From: Thermoplasmatota archaeon
GTDB lineage: Archaea > Thermoplasmatota > E2 > JACPAO01 > JAHFTW01
DNA length: 64,000 bases
Reading direction: 5' to 3'
NCBI GenBank assembly: GCA_041601615.1
Contig: JBFIHX010000003.1
Span: forward strand, 64,001-128,000
Shown here: in pieces, positions 19,531 to 29,467 of the stretch
Numbering within the stretch: the first letter of the stretch is position 1
Layout: each line of letters starts with the position of its first letter
The notes under the pieces: generated by a model
What the model was told of the DNA's origin: nothing
The model's database searches: none
Seen by the model: the letters and a program-made list of their open reading frames with translations, nothing else
Program-made: the position numbers and the translations under genes

Positions 19531-20909
19531 GAATATCCATCTCCTTCCATTTCCTTCAGGAATCCCCGCAGAGCACGGTTGGCTCCTACCTCGGAGGCCA
19601 TGGCGGGGTCGGCGAGAATGGCTCGGATTGCCTCAGTTCTTGCCTCTTCTAGGGCACCTTGGCCCGCGTGGACACAAGCCCACAAGTACGATCGTACGGC
19701 GGGAGCTACCCGGTCTCCGTGTTGCTCTAAGAGCTTGACGGCGCCCACGAAGTCATTGGTTTTCAGAAGCGATACAGCTCGTGCCACCACGAATTCGGGG
19801 CCGAATCGGCGGCTTGCTTCCATGCCAGCGGTGCTCGCCACGCGCTTGTAGTCGCCGACGGTCATGGCGCGTCGAAGAAGCAGCACTCGAAGGGCCCGAC
19901 CGAACAAGACGACCAGACCAAGAAACAGCAAAAGTCCGAAGAAACTGACACTCAGAATGGTGGTGTCTGTGGTGGACTCCGGCGTTTGCGTCGCAGGGCC
20001 TACTGGGGTGGGGGCGGGCGTTGCAGGGGCGGTGGCCGGCGGGGATTCGATCACGATGTGAGACGAGAAGGAGCCAGATTGGAGGGGCCCCACATCCAGA
20101 TGGAGGGGTCCCATGAGGTTGGTCAACTCTCCACTAGGAAGTTGAATCCCAGCCTGGGTGGCGTCAAGGTGGGTCACATTGGCAAAAATGTGGGTCACTT
20201 CGATCCAGAGGGTTGGGAGCGTGATGGTGCCGTTGGTGACGTGGAGGTACAACCGGCGGTCTTGGTACTCATTGGTGACGGTACCAGGTATGGTCTCGTT
20301 GTGACGGCGCAAGCCGGACCAGTAGCTGGAGCCGTCGGTGGAATTGGAGATTTGCACGTCCCATTCCCAGAAGGACACTTGGAAATCTCCGATCAACGTG
20401 ACGGTGGCGGCGGTTCCAGAAAGGTTGTGCATCTGCGAGACGTTCCAAACGTATTGGCTGCCTGCGCGCTGGAACACTTTGTCCTCGGGCAATGTATCGG
20501 TTTCATGGCCCATCACCTTGAGCCTCGGTCCGTCGATGCGAAGGCTACCGGTGCCGGCAACGTCCAGTCGATATTGGTCGCGGTTGGTGATTCCGTCTAC
20601 GCGGGCGTCGGTCCAGGTGCGGGTCTCCATGGTCTGGTTGGGGCCATGCATGTTGATTTCGGTGCCCACAAGCAGTCCGTCGGAGGAGGTGTATTGGTTG
20701 GCAACGATTTTTTGGGCGTGGATTTCCAACGCGCCATCGGTTGCGACGGAACGCTCGGTTCCGGACTTCAAAACGAGTTGGTTTGCCTCGGTTCGTGCAT
20801 CGCGAGCATCAATGGACACAATCTTGCCTCCGCTCCAAGCTGCAACGGCTGAAGGCGTTACTAGGAGCAGAATGAGGAGCACGATGAGGCTCCGCATGAT
20901 ATGTCCCAT
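19527..20909 (-). CDS. single-pass membrane protein: signal peptide, beta-rich ectodomain, P/T/A linker, TM, TPR-like tail
   Basis: GDFQVSFWEWD motif shared with 52027-53535; TM ILSVSFFGLLLFLGLVVLFG. Confidence 0.8.
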   Translation of the reverse strand: MGHIMRSLIVLLILLLVTPSAVAAWSGGKIVSIDARDARTEANQLVLKSGTERSVATDGALEIHAQKIVANQYTSSDGLLVGTEINMHGPNQTMETRTWTDARVDGITNRDQYRLDVAGTGSLRIDGPRLKVMGHETDTLPEDKVFQRAGSQYVWNVSQMHNLSGTAATVTLIGDFQVSFWEWDVQISNSTDGSSYWSGLRRHNETIPGTVTNEYQDRRLYLHVTNGTITLPTLWIEVTHIFANVTHLDATQAGIQLPSGELTNLMGPLHLDVGPLQSGSFSSHIVIESPPATAPATPAPTPVGPATQTPESTTDTTILSVSFFGLLLFLGLVVLFGRALRVLLLRRAMTVGDYKRVASTAGMEASRRFGPEFVVARAVSLLKTNDFVGAVKLLEQHGDRVAPAVRSYLWACVHAGQGALEEARTEAIRAILADPAMASEVGANRALRGFLKEMEGDGYS

Positions 20910-21245
20910 CGCGCCAGACTATTTGCTCCCTTCGGCACGATCCAAGTTCAAGCATTCTGGCCGAATTTCAGCATATGGAAAGACATATTTTCCTTGAACT
21001 ACAGAACAGTCATTCTCAATCGAGACTAATATGTCATTATCTGAGCTAACTTCATCAATGCTATGTGCGAAAATCAAAAAAAGGAAAACAAAGGGCAGAT
21101 AGATGGATATCTCGGCCATGACGAGCGTGGAGGAATTATAGATACAGATAGTTGCCCATGAAATATAGCGAACCAATCTATACATATATTAAATATATGC
21201 AGGTTGCTAATTAAGCACCACCCAAAATATTGGCAAAATCATTGC

Positions 21246-21965
21246 TTAGAATTGGATCCGTAATACAGATCCGGCCGATGATGGAGTGTGTTGCAAACGG
21301 CCACCATAATGCGCAAGGATGTGTCGACACAATGCCAACCCCACGCCGACACCCGCGCCGGCCGGAGGGTGCGCTCGCGGCCAAAACGGCTCACACAATC
21401 GCTCCAAACTGGAGGGCAAACCAGGACCATCGTCACGGAACTCCAGCCAGGTGCCGCCGTCTACGCCACCCGAAACGGTCACCATCCCCCTGGGCTTATG
21501 GTGGTGCAGCACCGCGTTCTCAAGAAGCGCCCGAAACACCGTCGCAACGTGCAGCGGCGGCATCGGCAACGCCGGCAGGTCCTCTTGAAGCTCCAAGTGA
21601 AAACCGGGATGTGGCACCCAGGCATCGATCAATGCGTCCCGTGTGTCTACCGTTGGTCCATCCGCGCCCGCTGGCTGCGCAAAACGCCGCACCCCGTCCA
21701 CAAACGCCTGCAAACCCTGAACCTCCGCCTGCAACGCCTGTACTGCCTGAATTGTTTGTGCCGCTTGCGCCGCTTGCGCCGTCTGACCGGTCTGCACCGT
21801 CTGCATATCGTCCGGTTCCTCCGCGCCCTCTGCCGTATCGCCGCCCGGCTGCACCAAAGATGCAAGTTTGGCCAACCTGCGCAACGGCGGACCCAATTCA
21901 TGGGCCACGAGATAGGAGAAAGCGTCCAGGTCCAACACCGGCGACGGCGCAGCCGATTCCAACAT
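21246..21965 (-). CDS. soluble histidine-kinase-like protein (HisKA plus HATPase, no sensor)
   Basis: AHEL..PL H-box, LLENA N-box, DDGPG, GVGLA G2; start inferred at ATG 21965. Confidence 0.75.
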   Translation of the reverse strand: MLESAAPSPVLDLDAFSYLVAHELGPPLRRLAKLASLVQPGGDTAEGAEEPDDMQTVQTGQTAQAAQAAQTIQAVQALQAEVQGLQAFVDGVRRFAQPAGADGPTVDTRDALIDAWVPHPGFHLELQEDLPALPMPPLHVATVFRALLENAVLHHHKPRGMVTVSGGVDGGTWLEFRDDGPGLPSSLERLCEPFWPRAHPPAGAGVGVGLALCRHILAHYGGRLQHTPSSAGSVLRIQF

Positions 21966-22103
21966 AGAACAAGCAAGGCACGGGTCAAATAAGCCACGTT
22001 CCCGGCGCCCCGGTGGGCATCTAGCACCCTGCCCGCCGACATCGGCCGACGCGCATCCTAAGCAAAGAGGCAAAAAGGCCGCCCGCCTGCCAACATGTAG
22101 GGG

Positions 22104-22403
22104 ATGCCATTGGACACCGAGGTCACGAACTTCATCAATCTCCCGGTCTACACGAACCGGGGCCGCTATGTGGGCGTCGTGCAGCAGGTCATTCTTGACC
22201 TCCCGACGCGCCGCGTCGGCAGTCTGCTGCTCGGCCGCACCAGCACCAAACTCATCGAAGGCGGACACGACGTTGCCGTCCCGTACCGCTGGGTCTCCGC
22301 CACCGGCGACATCATCATTCTCAGCCACTTCCCCGACAAGGTCGTCGCAGCTGCCGCCGGCAGCAACGAGGCCATGGAACTGGAAGACGACGTCCCGGTG
22401 TAA
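22104..22403 (+). CDS. PRC-barrel domain protein
   Basis: VYT..G.YVG.V...ILD, VPYRWV.A.GDIII. Confidence 0.88.
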   Translation: MPLDTEVTNFINLPVYTNRGRYVGVVQQVILDLPTRRVGSLLLGRTSTKLIEGGHDVAVPYRWVSATGDIIILSHFPDKVVAAAAGSNEAMELEDDVPV

Positions 22404-22408
22404 CCCAG

Positions 22409-22771
22409 ATGGACCCGGATCCTTGGGCCTACCCCGATTCGGAACACACGCGGCTTCGGCTCAGCGCGGAGCACATTGCGCTCGTGGCCGAGGATGGCAC
22501 CACGATCAGCATCCCCCTTGAACACGTGCGCGCCGTCCGCGTCGAATACGAGGCGACTCCCAAAGACGCCAAGAAAGCCGCGCCCAAGAAAGGTCGAGCC
22601 GACGCGTACGCGCACGGCCAAACCTTGTTCACAGTCCTGTACCGAACCACGGACAAGTGGACGCGCCGCGACCGAGAATCCATGCAGCTGCCTGGGGCCC
22701 ACCCGGCGCTCGTGGAGTTTGCCGCGGAAGCGACGAGATTGGCGTTTGAGTGCAAGCAATCAACGGATTGA
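22409..22771 (+). CDS. hypothetical protein
   Basis: co-oriented 5 nt after the PRC gene; host-like codon usage. Confidence 0.55.
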   Translation: MDPDPWAYPDSEHTRLRLSAEHIALVAEDGTTISIPLEHVRAVRVEYEATPKDAKKAAPKKGRADAYAHGQTLFTVLYRTTDKWTRRDRESMQLPGAHPALVEFAAEATRLAFECKQSTD

Positions 22772-23234
22772 CTTTGCTTGTATGGTTGAAAAAATTCACA
22801 TCCCTAGCTAGTGCGGGGTAAAGAGTGAATTTGGCGAACCATCGAACACAAACCCGGCCTGACGCTCATCGGCCTCATGAGCAAGACCGGGACCTCCGAA
22901 AGAGCGTTGGAACGCGCCAGCCGTTGCCTCATGGAGAAAAAGGACATCATGGCCTGGGGTGACCCGCTTCGGTACTACGCAGCCAGGCAACTGATTTCTT
23001 GGGATGCACGACTTGTGACGGCGTGCCCCAACAACATGCAAGAACAGGCAAATGACCCCGAGAACATCCATCAGGAGCCTAGACCAAACTAGGGCATACC
23101 TGCAGCAATCATGAGCTAGAGCGCAAGGCAGGCAATCATTTTTGCAAGCCTAGCGACTTCAAGCCTCATTCTTCCCAGAAACTCCTCGGAACACCCGCCA
23201 CATCCCTTAACTAGAGGCACCTCTCGGCGCCCCT

Positions 23235-24416
23235 GTGGTCATCAAGGACCTCGTAGCCCGGCGCTTGGTCGGGATTGAGATGTCAGGCATTCGCAAAATG
23301 TTCGAGCTCGCAGGCACGGACTCCGTCAACATGGGCCTGGGCGAACCGGACTTCAATCCCCCCAAGCACGTGGTGGAGGCACTACACGAAGCCGCCCGCA
23401 GCGGCAAAAACGGATATGGGCCCAGCTTGGGGCTTCCCGAACTACGCTCAGCGCTGGCCGGACGCATCCGTGATTACTGGCACGAGGACGTCAACGCCGA
23501 CAACATCATCGTCACCGCCGGCGCCACCCAAGGCCTCATGGCGGTCACACAGACGTTCGTGGACCACGGCGACGAAGTGCTCGTCCCTGACCCCGGTTTC
23601 GTCCTCTACGACGCCCAGACGCGCATCTGCGGCGGATTCCCCATCCACTACGGCTTGCGGCCCGAAAACGGCTACAACCCCGACATGGACGAGATCCAAG
23701 AGAAGATCACGCCCCGCACCAAGCTCTGGGTCATCAACACCCCCGGCAACCCGACGGGCGCCTGCATGAGCAAGGAGGAAGTGCGCGCAGCTTCCGAAAT
23801 CGCCGAAGACCACGACATCATGATTGTGGCCGATGAAGTCTACGACTTCCTGACCTTCGACCAACCGCACCACTCGTTCTTGAGCCAGCACGACAACGTG
23901 GTCTGGGTCAACTCCTTCTCGAAGACCTACGCCATGACCGGCTGGCGCCTTGGCTGCATCGCCACCAAGACCGAGTACGTCAAGGCCATCGAGAAAATGC
24001 ACTACTACACGGTCGCCTGCCCCCCGACCCCCATCCAATGGGCCGGTGTCGCTGCCATCAATGGGCCCCAGGACGAACTGGAAGCGATGAAACTCGAATT
24101 CCGCAAGCGCCGGGACCACATCACCAAGCGCATCCAGGGCATCGACGGCTTCAACATGCAGAAGCCCGGCGGCGCCTTCTACGCCTTCCCGAGCTACGAC
24201 TTCGACATCAAGAGTGCGGACCTTGCCCTGCGCCTTGCCGAAGCGGGCCTCATCAGCAGTCCCGGCAGCGCCTTTGGACGACTCGGCGAACACCACTTGC
24301 GCTTCAGCTACGCCTGCGGCATCGACGCCATCGACCGCGGCATGGACATCCTGGCCGACGTGACCAAGGACCTGCCCATGCGTGGCGACCGAAGCGGCGC
24401 CCGCGTCGTCGCATAG
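23235..24416 (+). CDS. PLP-dependent aminotransferase class I/II
   Basis: GLGEPDF, NTPGNPTG, DEVY, SFSKTYAMTGWRLG. Confidence 0.95.
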   Translation: MVIKDLVARRLVGIEMSGIRKMFELAGTDSVNMGLGEPDFNPPKHVVEALHEAARSGKNGYGPSLGLPELRSALAGRIRDYWHEDVNADNIIVTAGATQGLMAVTQTFVDHGDEVLVPDPGFVLYDAQTRICGGFPIHYGLRPENGYNPDMDEIQEKITPRTKLWVINTPGNPTGACMSKEEVRAASEIAEDHDIMIVADEVYDFLTFDQPHHSFLSQHDNVVWVNSFSKTYAMTGWRLGCIATKTEYVKAIEKMHYYTVACPPTPIQWAGVAAINGPQDELEAMKLEFRKRRDHITKRIQGIDGFNMQKPGGAFYAFPSYDFDIKSADLALRLAEAGLISSPGSAFGRLGEHHLRFSYACGIDAIDRGMDILADVTKDLPMRGDRSGARVVA

Positions 24417-24686
24417 GTTCCGTAGCTCCCCGCTGCCGCGGCCGCATGTGCGAGCCTGTTCGATCCTAATCCCTTCTCTTTCCACTTTGCATCACGCGGG
24501 GCACTCTCATCGCCACGCGCCCCGACCCGAACACGAACGGCCGTAGGCTCGCCGCCGCTAGAGCCCCAATGCCCCGAGACACATCGCCTGTCGGGGTCAA
24601 AAAACAACAAAGCCAAAGGAAGCAAAGGGAAGAGGACGGGAAAGGAAGGAAGAGGAAGGAAGAAGGGGAAAGAATGGGCGTCGGCC

Positions 24687-27600
24687 CTAGCTCTTCGTAA
24701 CCGTCACCGAGACGGTCACGTCGCTGCCACCGAACGGCACCGAGAACGGCTGGGAAGCACTGTACTGCACTTCCTCGCCGCCCGTGGTCTTGGAGATATC
24801 CACGCTCAGCGAGTAGTCGCCAGGAGCGAGCGTTCGGTTGGCAAAGCCATTGGCGTCCGTAACGCCCGGAGTCGCCGTTCCCGCAGCGTCCGTGATCGTG
24901 AACTGCAAGCCCGCCTCGATGGGGGCCCCGTCCTGGTCGCGCAGCTCTAGCAACACCTTGCTCGGAGCGATGGCGAGCGCGAAGTTCTTGCTCGCCGTCT
25001 CACCAGCCGCAAGCGTCACGTCGCCGCCGCCTGCATTGTAGCCCGTTGCGGTGACCGTGGCCGATAGAACGCCGGGTTGCAAGTCGGCCAGAGCGTAGGA
25101 GCCGTCCGCGCCCGACATGACCAATTGGCCACCGACGGTCACAGAGGCACCGGCGATGCGGGTGTCGTTTGCACCGAGCACACCGTCGCCATCCACGTCC
25201 TGGAACACGGTGCCCGTCAGGGAGCCGCGCTGGACTGTGAGATCCACGCCGTTGACCGATTCGCCGAGGCGAGCCTGGACACGGTTGAATTGGATCGAGG
25301 TGTCGTTGCGGGACGCCAATTCGACGCCGCCGTTCAGGGCCACCAGAGTCAAGTCTCCATCTACCGAGAACGGTGCGAGGACTTGGTAGAAGCCGCTGGC
25401 GTCCGTGACGCCCACCGCGTGGCTGGCACCAAGGCCGTCCACGAAGGTGACCTGAGCGCCGGAAACCGGTTGGCCCGCGTCGTCCAGCACCGTACCGCTG
25501 ACGTTGACGCCACGGTAGTAGGCGAGGAGCTCCACTTGTTGGACACCAGAATCCTTGTCGGTCGACTCGTGCAGAACACGCCAGTGGGTCAAGCCGTCTG
25601 CGGGCGTGAACTGGTTCGCTTGGCTACCAAACGATCGTGCGTACATGCTGTCAAAGAAGGACTGCGTGGGCACGATTTGCGGAGGCCACTGGACCTGGAT
25701 GCCTTGGCCGGCTGCGGGGGATGTTCCGAAGGGGAACGCTTGGCCGCCGGTGACGAGCCACTTGCCGCCCGTTTGGTCTTCCCAGTACGGTTCAATGCGG
25801 AAGGAGTCGCCCTTGGCGTTCACGTCGTACAGGTGCTGGCGCAGTTGCAGGCCGCCACCGCCGGACGTCACTTGGTAGGTGAAGTTGTCCGGGTTCTTGT
25901 TGGCAAGGTAGGCAGGCGCGTAGAAGATGCCGGGGTTTTGGGCACTGACGGGGTACATGCGGCTGTCGACTCCGATGTACTCGATGCTGCGGCGGGCGTT
26001 GTTGACGCCCGTGTAGTCCGTGACTTCTTCGTACAGGTCAAAGATGTCGTTGTTGGTCAGATCCATCGTGGAACTGAGCAACTCGTACTCCTTGTCGTAG
26101 CCCCGGATGGGTCCGATCTCGATGAGCGCCGCGTCGACACCGCGCAGGGCAGCCTCGACGTGCGGGCTGTATTGGCCAATGGGCGCCGTACGACTGTAGT
26201 CGACGTTGATGGACAGCAGAGTCATCCAGGCGACCGCTTCTTGCTCCGACTCGCTGGCCAGGAAGCGGCCGGCGATGTTGTAGTTGTTCTGGAAGGGATC
26301 TGCCACCGTCGGGTGCATGCCGATGTCGGTGGCCCAGTGACCGTAGTCCCACCAGGCGATGAAGCCCGGCCGGTCTTCGATGTTCTTGATCTCCGTGTCC
26401 TGTTGGGCGAGCACGGTGAACGCTTCGAGCCAACCGTTGTCCTTGATGTCGAAGCTGAGGCCAAAGGCACCCAGGTGCTTCGTGTCGAGGCTCGTGCAGT
26501 CGTCCACTTCACAGGGGATGGCTGCGTCGACGCCGATCCAGGTGTTGGGCAGAATGAACAGCACAAACACCAGAAGGACACCGAGGGAGGTGCGCATGTT
26601 GAGGCTGCGCAGGCCAGCTGCGATGGGGTGTGTGCCGTGCTGTTGGCGGTAAGCGCGGCGGACCTTCTCGAAGCCGAGCTTGGCGACGATGATGGGCATG
26701 ACGGCGCCGGCTAGGAGCGCAAACACAGGGCTCGCGTTCATGATGAAGCGGCTGGCGGCGAAGGCCATGAACAGGGCAACGATGGCCCAGGAGACCATCA
26801 GCATGTGCTCTTGGTTGCCCTTCTTCCAGGCCTTCTTGATGGAGCCGCCGAGGCCCCAGAAGGCGAGCAGGAAGGTGAAGAAGCCGAAACTGGCGGCGAC
26901 ACGTCCGAGTTCACTGCGCTGGGCTTCCGCGATGGTGCCGAACAGCTTGGTCTGTTGGAAGTAGCCAAGGCCGGTGAAAACCGTCTGGCCCACGTTGGGC
27001 ATGGCGAAGACCATGATGGCCCAGCCGGCGATGAGGGTCAGCAGCAAGGCCGGGAAGACCAGAATACTGGGCAGGTCGCGGGTGGGCACCAGGATGGCGC
27101 TGACGACGACCATGCCAATCAGGACGTAGATGCCGGCCCAGATGGTGGTGTCCAGGAAGTTCGGGAACGCCAGGTAGTAGGGTAGCGGAATCAGCGTCAC
27201 GAGAATCATCGGCAGCAGGTAGAACGCCGTGAGGGCGGTGCTGTCGCGGTTCTTGACGTGGTCCCAGAGTAGTTGCATACCGAAGGCGACCGCCATGATG
27301 GCGAGCACGTAGGGGTAGCCCTTCCAGGTGAGGGCCGTGGCGCTGAGGGCGACGCCGGCGAGGGCGCTCCAAAGCATGGCGACCCGGTTGTGGGCGAAGC
27401 TGTTGCGAACACCCTCGGCGAGGGCGCCGCGGTGCCGCCAGTCCTTGACGTATTCGCGGTCGTCGAGCGCTTTCAGGCCCTTGACGAGGAATGCGACGGC
27501 GCAGAGAATCCAGAACATGGTGGCTGCGTCGTGGTCGGCAAAGCCCCAGACACCGCGTTGGATGTGGGGGGCGCTGACGGCCATGAAGAAGGCGGCCCAG

Positions 27601-28022
27601 AGACCGGCGCGGCGGTTCCAGAGTTCGGCTCCGATGATGAAGACGGGGATGACTGCGAGGGCACCCCAGACGGCGGTCATGAGATTGAGTGCCATTCCTG
27701 CGGGGTCCACGGAAATGGACCCTATGGTTCCGGCTACGACGGCGCTTGTCCAATCGAAAACAGGTGGATTGGGATTGTTGGCGCCGGCGGGGAAGTTGAG
27801 CGCGGGGTCGAACTGCAGGGATTCTCCTGTCTCAAGGATGTGGTTGACGGCCCGGTCGTGGTAGTACGGGTCATTACCCGAGTAAAGATAGCGTTCCGAG
27901 TCCTCATCAAAAGAAGCGTCGACGTTCCACCCGATGCGGAGGCCGATTGCCAGGAGGACGAAGACCGCGAGCCACGTGGCCAATGCCTTGTTGCTCATCC
28001 GAGTTTCGTCGCGAGATGCCAT
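24687..28022 (-). CDS. aglB: oligosaccharyltransferase AglB/STT3 with C-terminal beta-sandwich repeats
   Basis: GNDPYYH, ADHD, TIAE, WWDYGH motif; many TM helices. Confidence 0.92.
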   Translation of the reverse strand: MASRDETRMSNKALATWLAVFVLLAIGLRIGWNVDASFDEDSERYLYSGNDPYYHDRAVNHILETGESLQFDPALNFPAGANNPNPPVFDWTSAVVAGTIGSISVDPAGMALNLMTAVWGALAVIPVFIIGAELWNRRAGLWAAFFMAVSAPHIQRGVWGFADHDAATMFWILCAVAFLVKGLKALDDREYVKDWRHRGALAEGVRNSFAHNRVAMLWSALAGVALSATALTWKGYPYVLAIMAVAFGMQLLWDHVKNRDSTALTAFYLLPMILVTLIPLPYYLAFPNFLDTTIWAGIYVLIGMVVVSAILVPTRDLPSILVFPALLLTLIAGWAIMVFAMPNVGQTVFTGLGYFQQTKLFGTIAEAQRSELGRVAASFGFFTFLLAFWGLGGSIKKAWKKGNQEHMLMVSWAIVALFMAFAASRFIMNASPVFALLAGAVMPIIVAKLGFEKVRRAYRQQHGTHPIAAGLRSLNMRTSLGVLLVFVLFILPNTWIGVDAAIPCEVDDCTSLDTKHLGAFGLSFDIKDNGWLEAFTVLAQQDTEIKNIEDRPGFIAWWDYGHWATDIGMHPTVADPFQNNYNIAGRFLASESEQEAVAWMTLLSINVDYSRTAPIGQYSPHVEAALRGVDAALIEIGPIRGYDKEYELLSSTMDLTNNDIFDLYEEVTDYTGVNNARRSIEYIGVDSRMYPVSAQNPGIFYAPAYLANKNPDNFTYQVTSGGGGLQLRQHLYDVNAKGDSFRIEPYWEDQTGGKWLVTGGQAFPFGTSPAAGQGIQVQWPPQIVPTQSFFDSMYARSFGSQANQFTPADGLTHWRVLHESTDKDSGVQQVELLAYYRGVNVSGTVLDDAGQPVSGAQVTFVDGLGASHAVGVTDASGFYQVLAPFSVDGDLTLVALNGGVELASRNDTSIQFNRVQARLGESVNGVDLTVQRGSLTGTVFQDVDGDGVLGANDTRIAGASVTVGGQLVMSGADGSYALADLQPGVLSATVTATGYNAGGGDVTLAAGETASKNFALAIAPSKVLLELRDQDGAPIEAGLQFTITDAAGTATPGVTDANGFANRTLAPGDYSLSVDISKTTGGEEVQYSASQPFSVPFGGSDVTVSVTVTKS

Positions 28023-28342
28023 GCAGTCACCGATGCCTAAAACAGGCAGCGTCGCGGCCAAAGGGGGGCTACTAATAATGTTTCCAGAGACGAGCCCGTA
28101 ATTTTGCAGAAATCCCTAGACGCCGTGTGTCCCACCCGGTGGGTTGATTCCGGGGGGCAGGGGAGTGTTTTTTCGTCGCCATCTTGCATTCTGCCTCATT
28201 CCCTATCCATTTTGGTGCATGAAGGAGCGAATTGCAGCCCTTCCGGTGGATTTGTCGCCCGTGATCGGCCCGTTTTGGTCCCGCGCTCCGATTTTCGGCA
28301 ATCAGGGTCGCTGGAGTGCCTAGCGCGGACTGCGATGCTGCC

Positions 28343-28558
28343 TATTCGGGTACGATTGCCTTTCCGAGGGCGCTTGCGATGAGGCCTACGGCAAATTTCC
28401 CAGTCTTGTTTTCGGTGTCCGAGCGACCTTGAAAAAGGTCGATCATTTTGGGCGGCTCTCGGCTTCGCCTCGGCCACCCCGCAGCCTTATTCGGGTACGA
28501 TTGCCTTTCCGAGGGCGCTTGCGATGAGGCCTACGGCAAATTTCCCAGTCTTGTTTTC
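28343..28558. repeat. 71-bp perfect direct repeat of arginase 3' end (28343-28413 and 28488-28558)
   Basis: TATTCGGGTACGATT...CAGTCTTGTTTTC identical twice, offset 145 bp. Confidence 0.95.
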
Positions 28559-29398
28559 TGTATCGAGCAGTGGGTTGGCTTCGACGAATTCCATGCTGGT
28601 TACGAGGTCGGTCTCGGCGAGCATTTCGAGCGCGAGGTGGGATTCTCGGTAGGTGAGGCCGCCGTCGACTTTGGTGCCGGTGCCGGGGGCCCAGCGCGGG
28701 TCCACGGCGTCCAAATCGAAGCTCAAGTGGACTTGTTTTACGCCTCGGGACGCGATGGACATCGCTTCGTCCATGACTTTCTTCATGCCGTGTTCGTCGA
28801 TGTCGCGCATGGTGAAGTAGTGGGCGCCGCTGGCTTGCAACAGCTCAGCCTCCTTGGCGTCCACATCGCGCAGGCCCACGAGGACGGTGTTTTCGGCGCG
28901 CAATTTGGGGCCGGGGCGGTCGAAGTCGGCGAGTCGCGGGTGGCCGATGCCGAGGGCGGCGCTCACGGGCATGCCGTGGATGTTGCCGCTTGGGCTGGTC
29001 TCGTGGGTGTTGAAGTCGGCGTGGGCGTCAAACCAGATCATGCCGCGGTCGGTGGAGCCGCGAGCAAGGCCGGCTTGTGTGCCGATAGCGATGCTGTGGT
29101 CGCCGCCGAGTACGATGGGCATGACGCCGTCCTTCATCGCTTCCTCTACTTTGTCGGCAAGTTCCGTGCAAGCCGCCAAGATTTCGTCGGCATAGCGCAG
29201 CTTCGGGTCGCCCACGTCGCCGGTCTGTTCCAGTTCCGGGGTCCAGACATTGCCGGCGTCCTGGACAGTGTAGCCGAGGGCGCGGATGCGGTCGTGCAGG
29301 CGGGCGGCCCGGATGGCGCTGGGGCCCATGTCGACGCCGCGGCGGCTGGCGCCAAGGTCAAGCGGGACGCCGATGACGCGGACGGTCTCGATGCTCAT
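28487..29398 (-). CDS. rocF: arginase
   Basis: GGDHS, DAHADFN, SGNIHGMP, SFDLDAVDP, GTGT. Confidence 0.95.
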   Translation of the reverse strand: MSIETVRVIGVPLDLGASRRGVDMGPSAIRAARLHDRIRALGYTVQDAGNVWTPELEQTGDVGDPKLRYADEILAACTELADKVEEAMKDGVMPIVLGGDHSIAIGTQAGLARGSTDRGMIWFDAHADFNTHETSPSGNIHGMPVSAALGIGHPRLADFDRPGPKLRAENTVLVGLRDVDAKEAELLQASGAHYFTMRDIDEHGMKKVMDEAMSIASRGVKQVHLSFDLDAVDPRWAPGTGTKVDGGLTYRESHLALEMLAETDLVTSMEFVEANPLLDTENKTGKFAVGLIASALGKAIVPE

Positions 29399-29467
29399 GG
29401 CGGCCGGCAAGCCGGAGGGGGACATGAGCGTGGGGGTTGATTCAGGGTGGCCCCATCGGGATGCTGT

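Noticed and set aside
20919-21185. 88-aa AT-rich ORF upstream of the receptor gene
   Set aside because: No motif or clear signal peptide; more likely promoter DNA.
22877-23092. Possible PIN/VapC remnant
   Set aside because: Only a vague D....A....SWD..L resemblance; too weak to call.
7532-28570. Gene-end duplications as DGR template/variable repeats
   Set aside because: Differences are synonymous and not adenine-specific, and there is no reverse transcriptase in the window.
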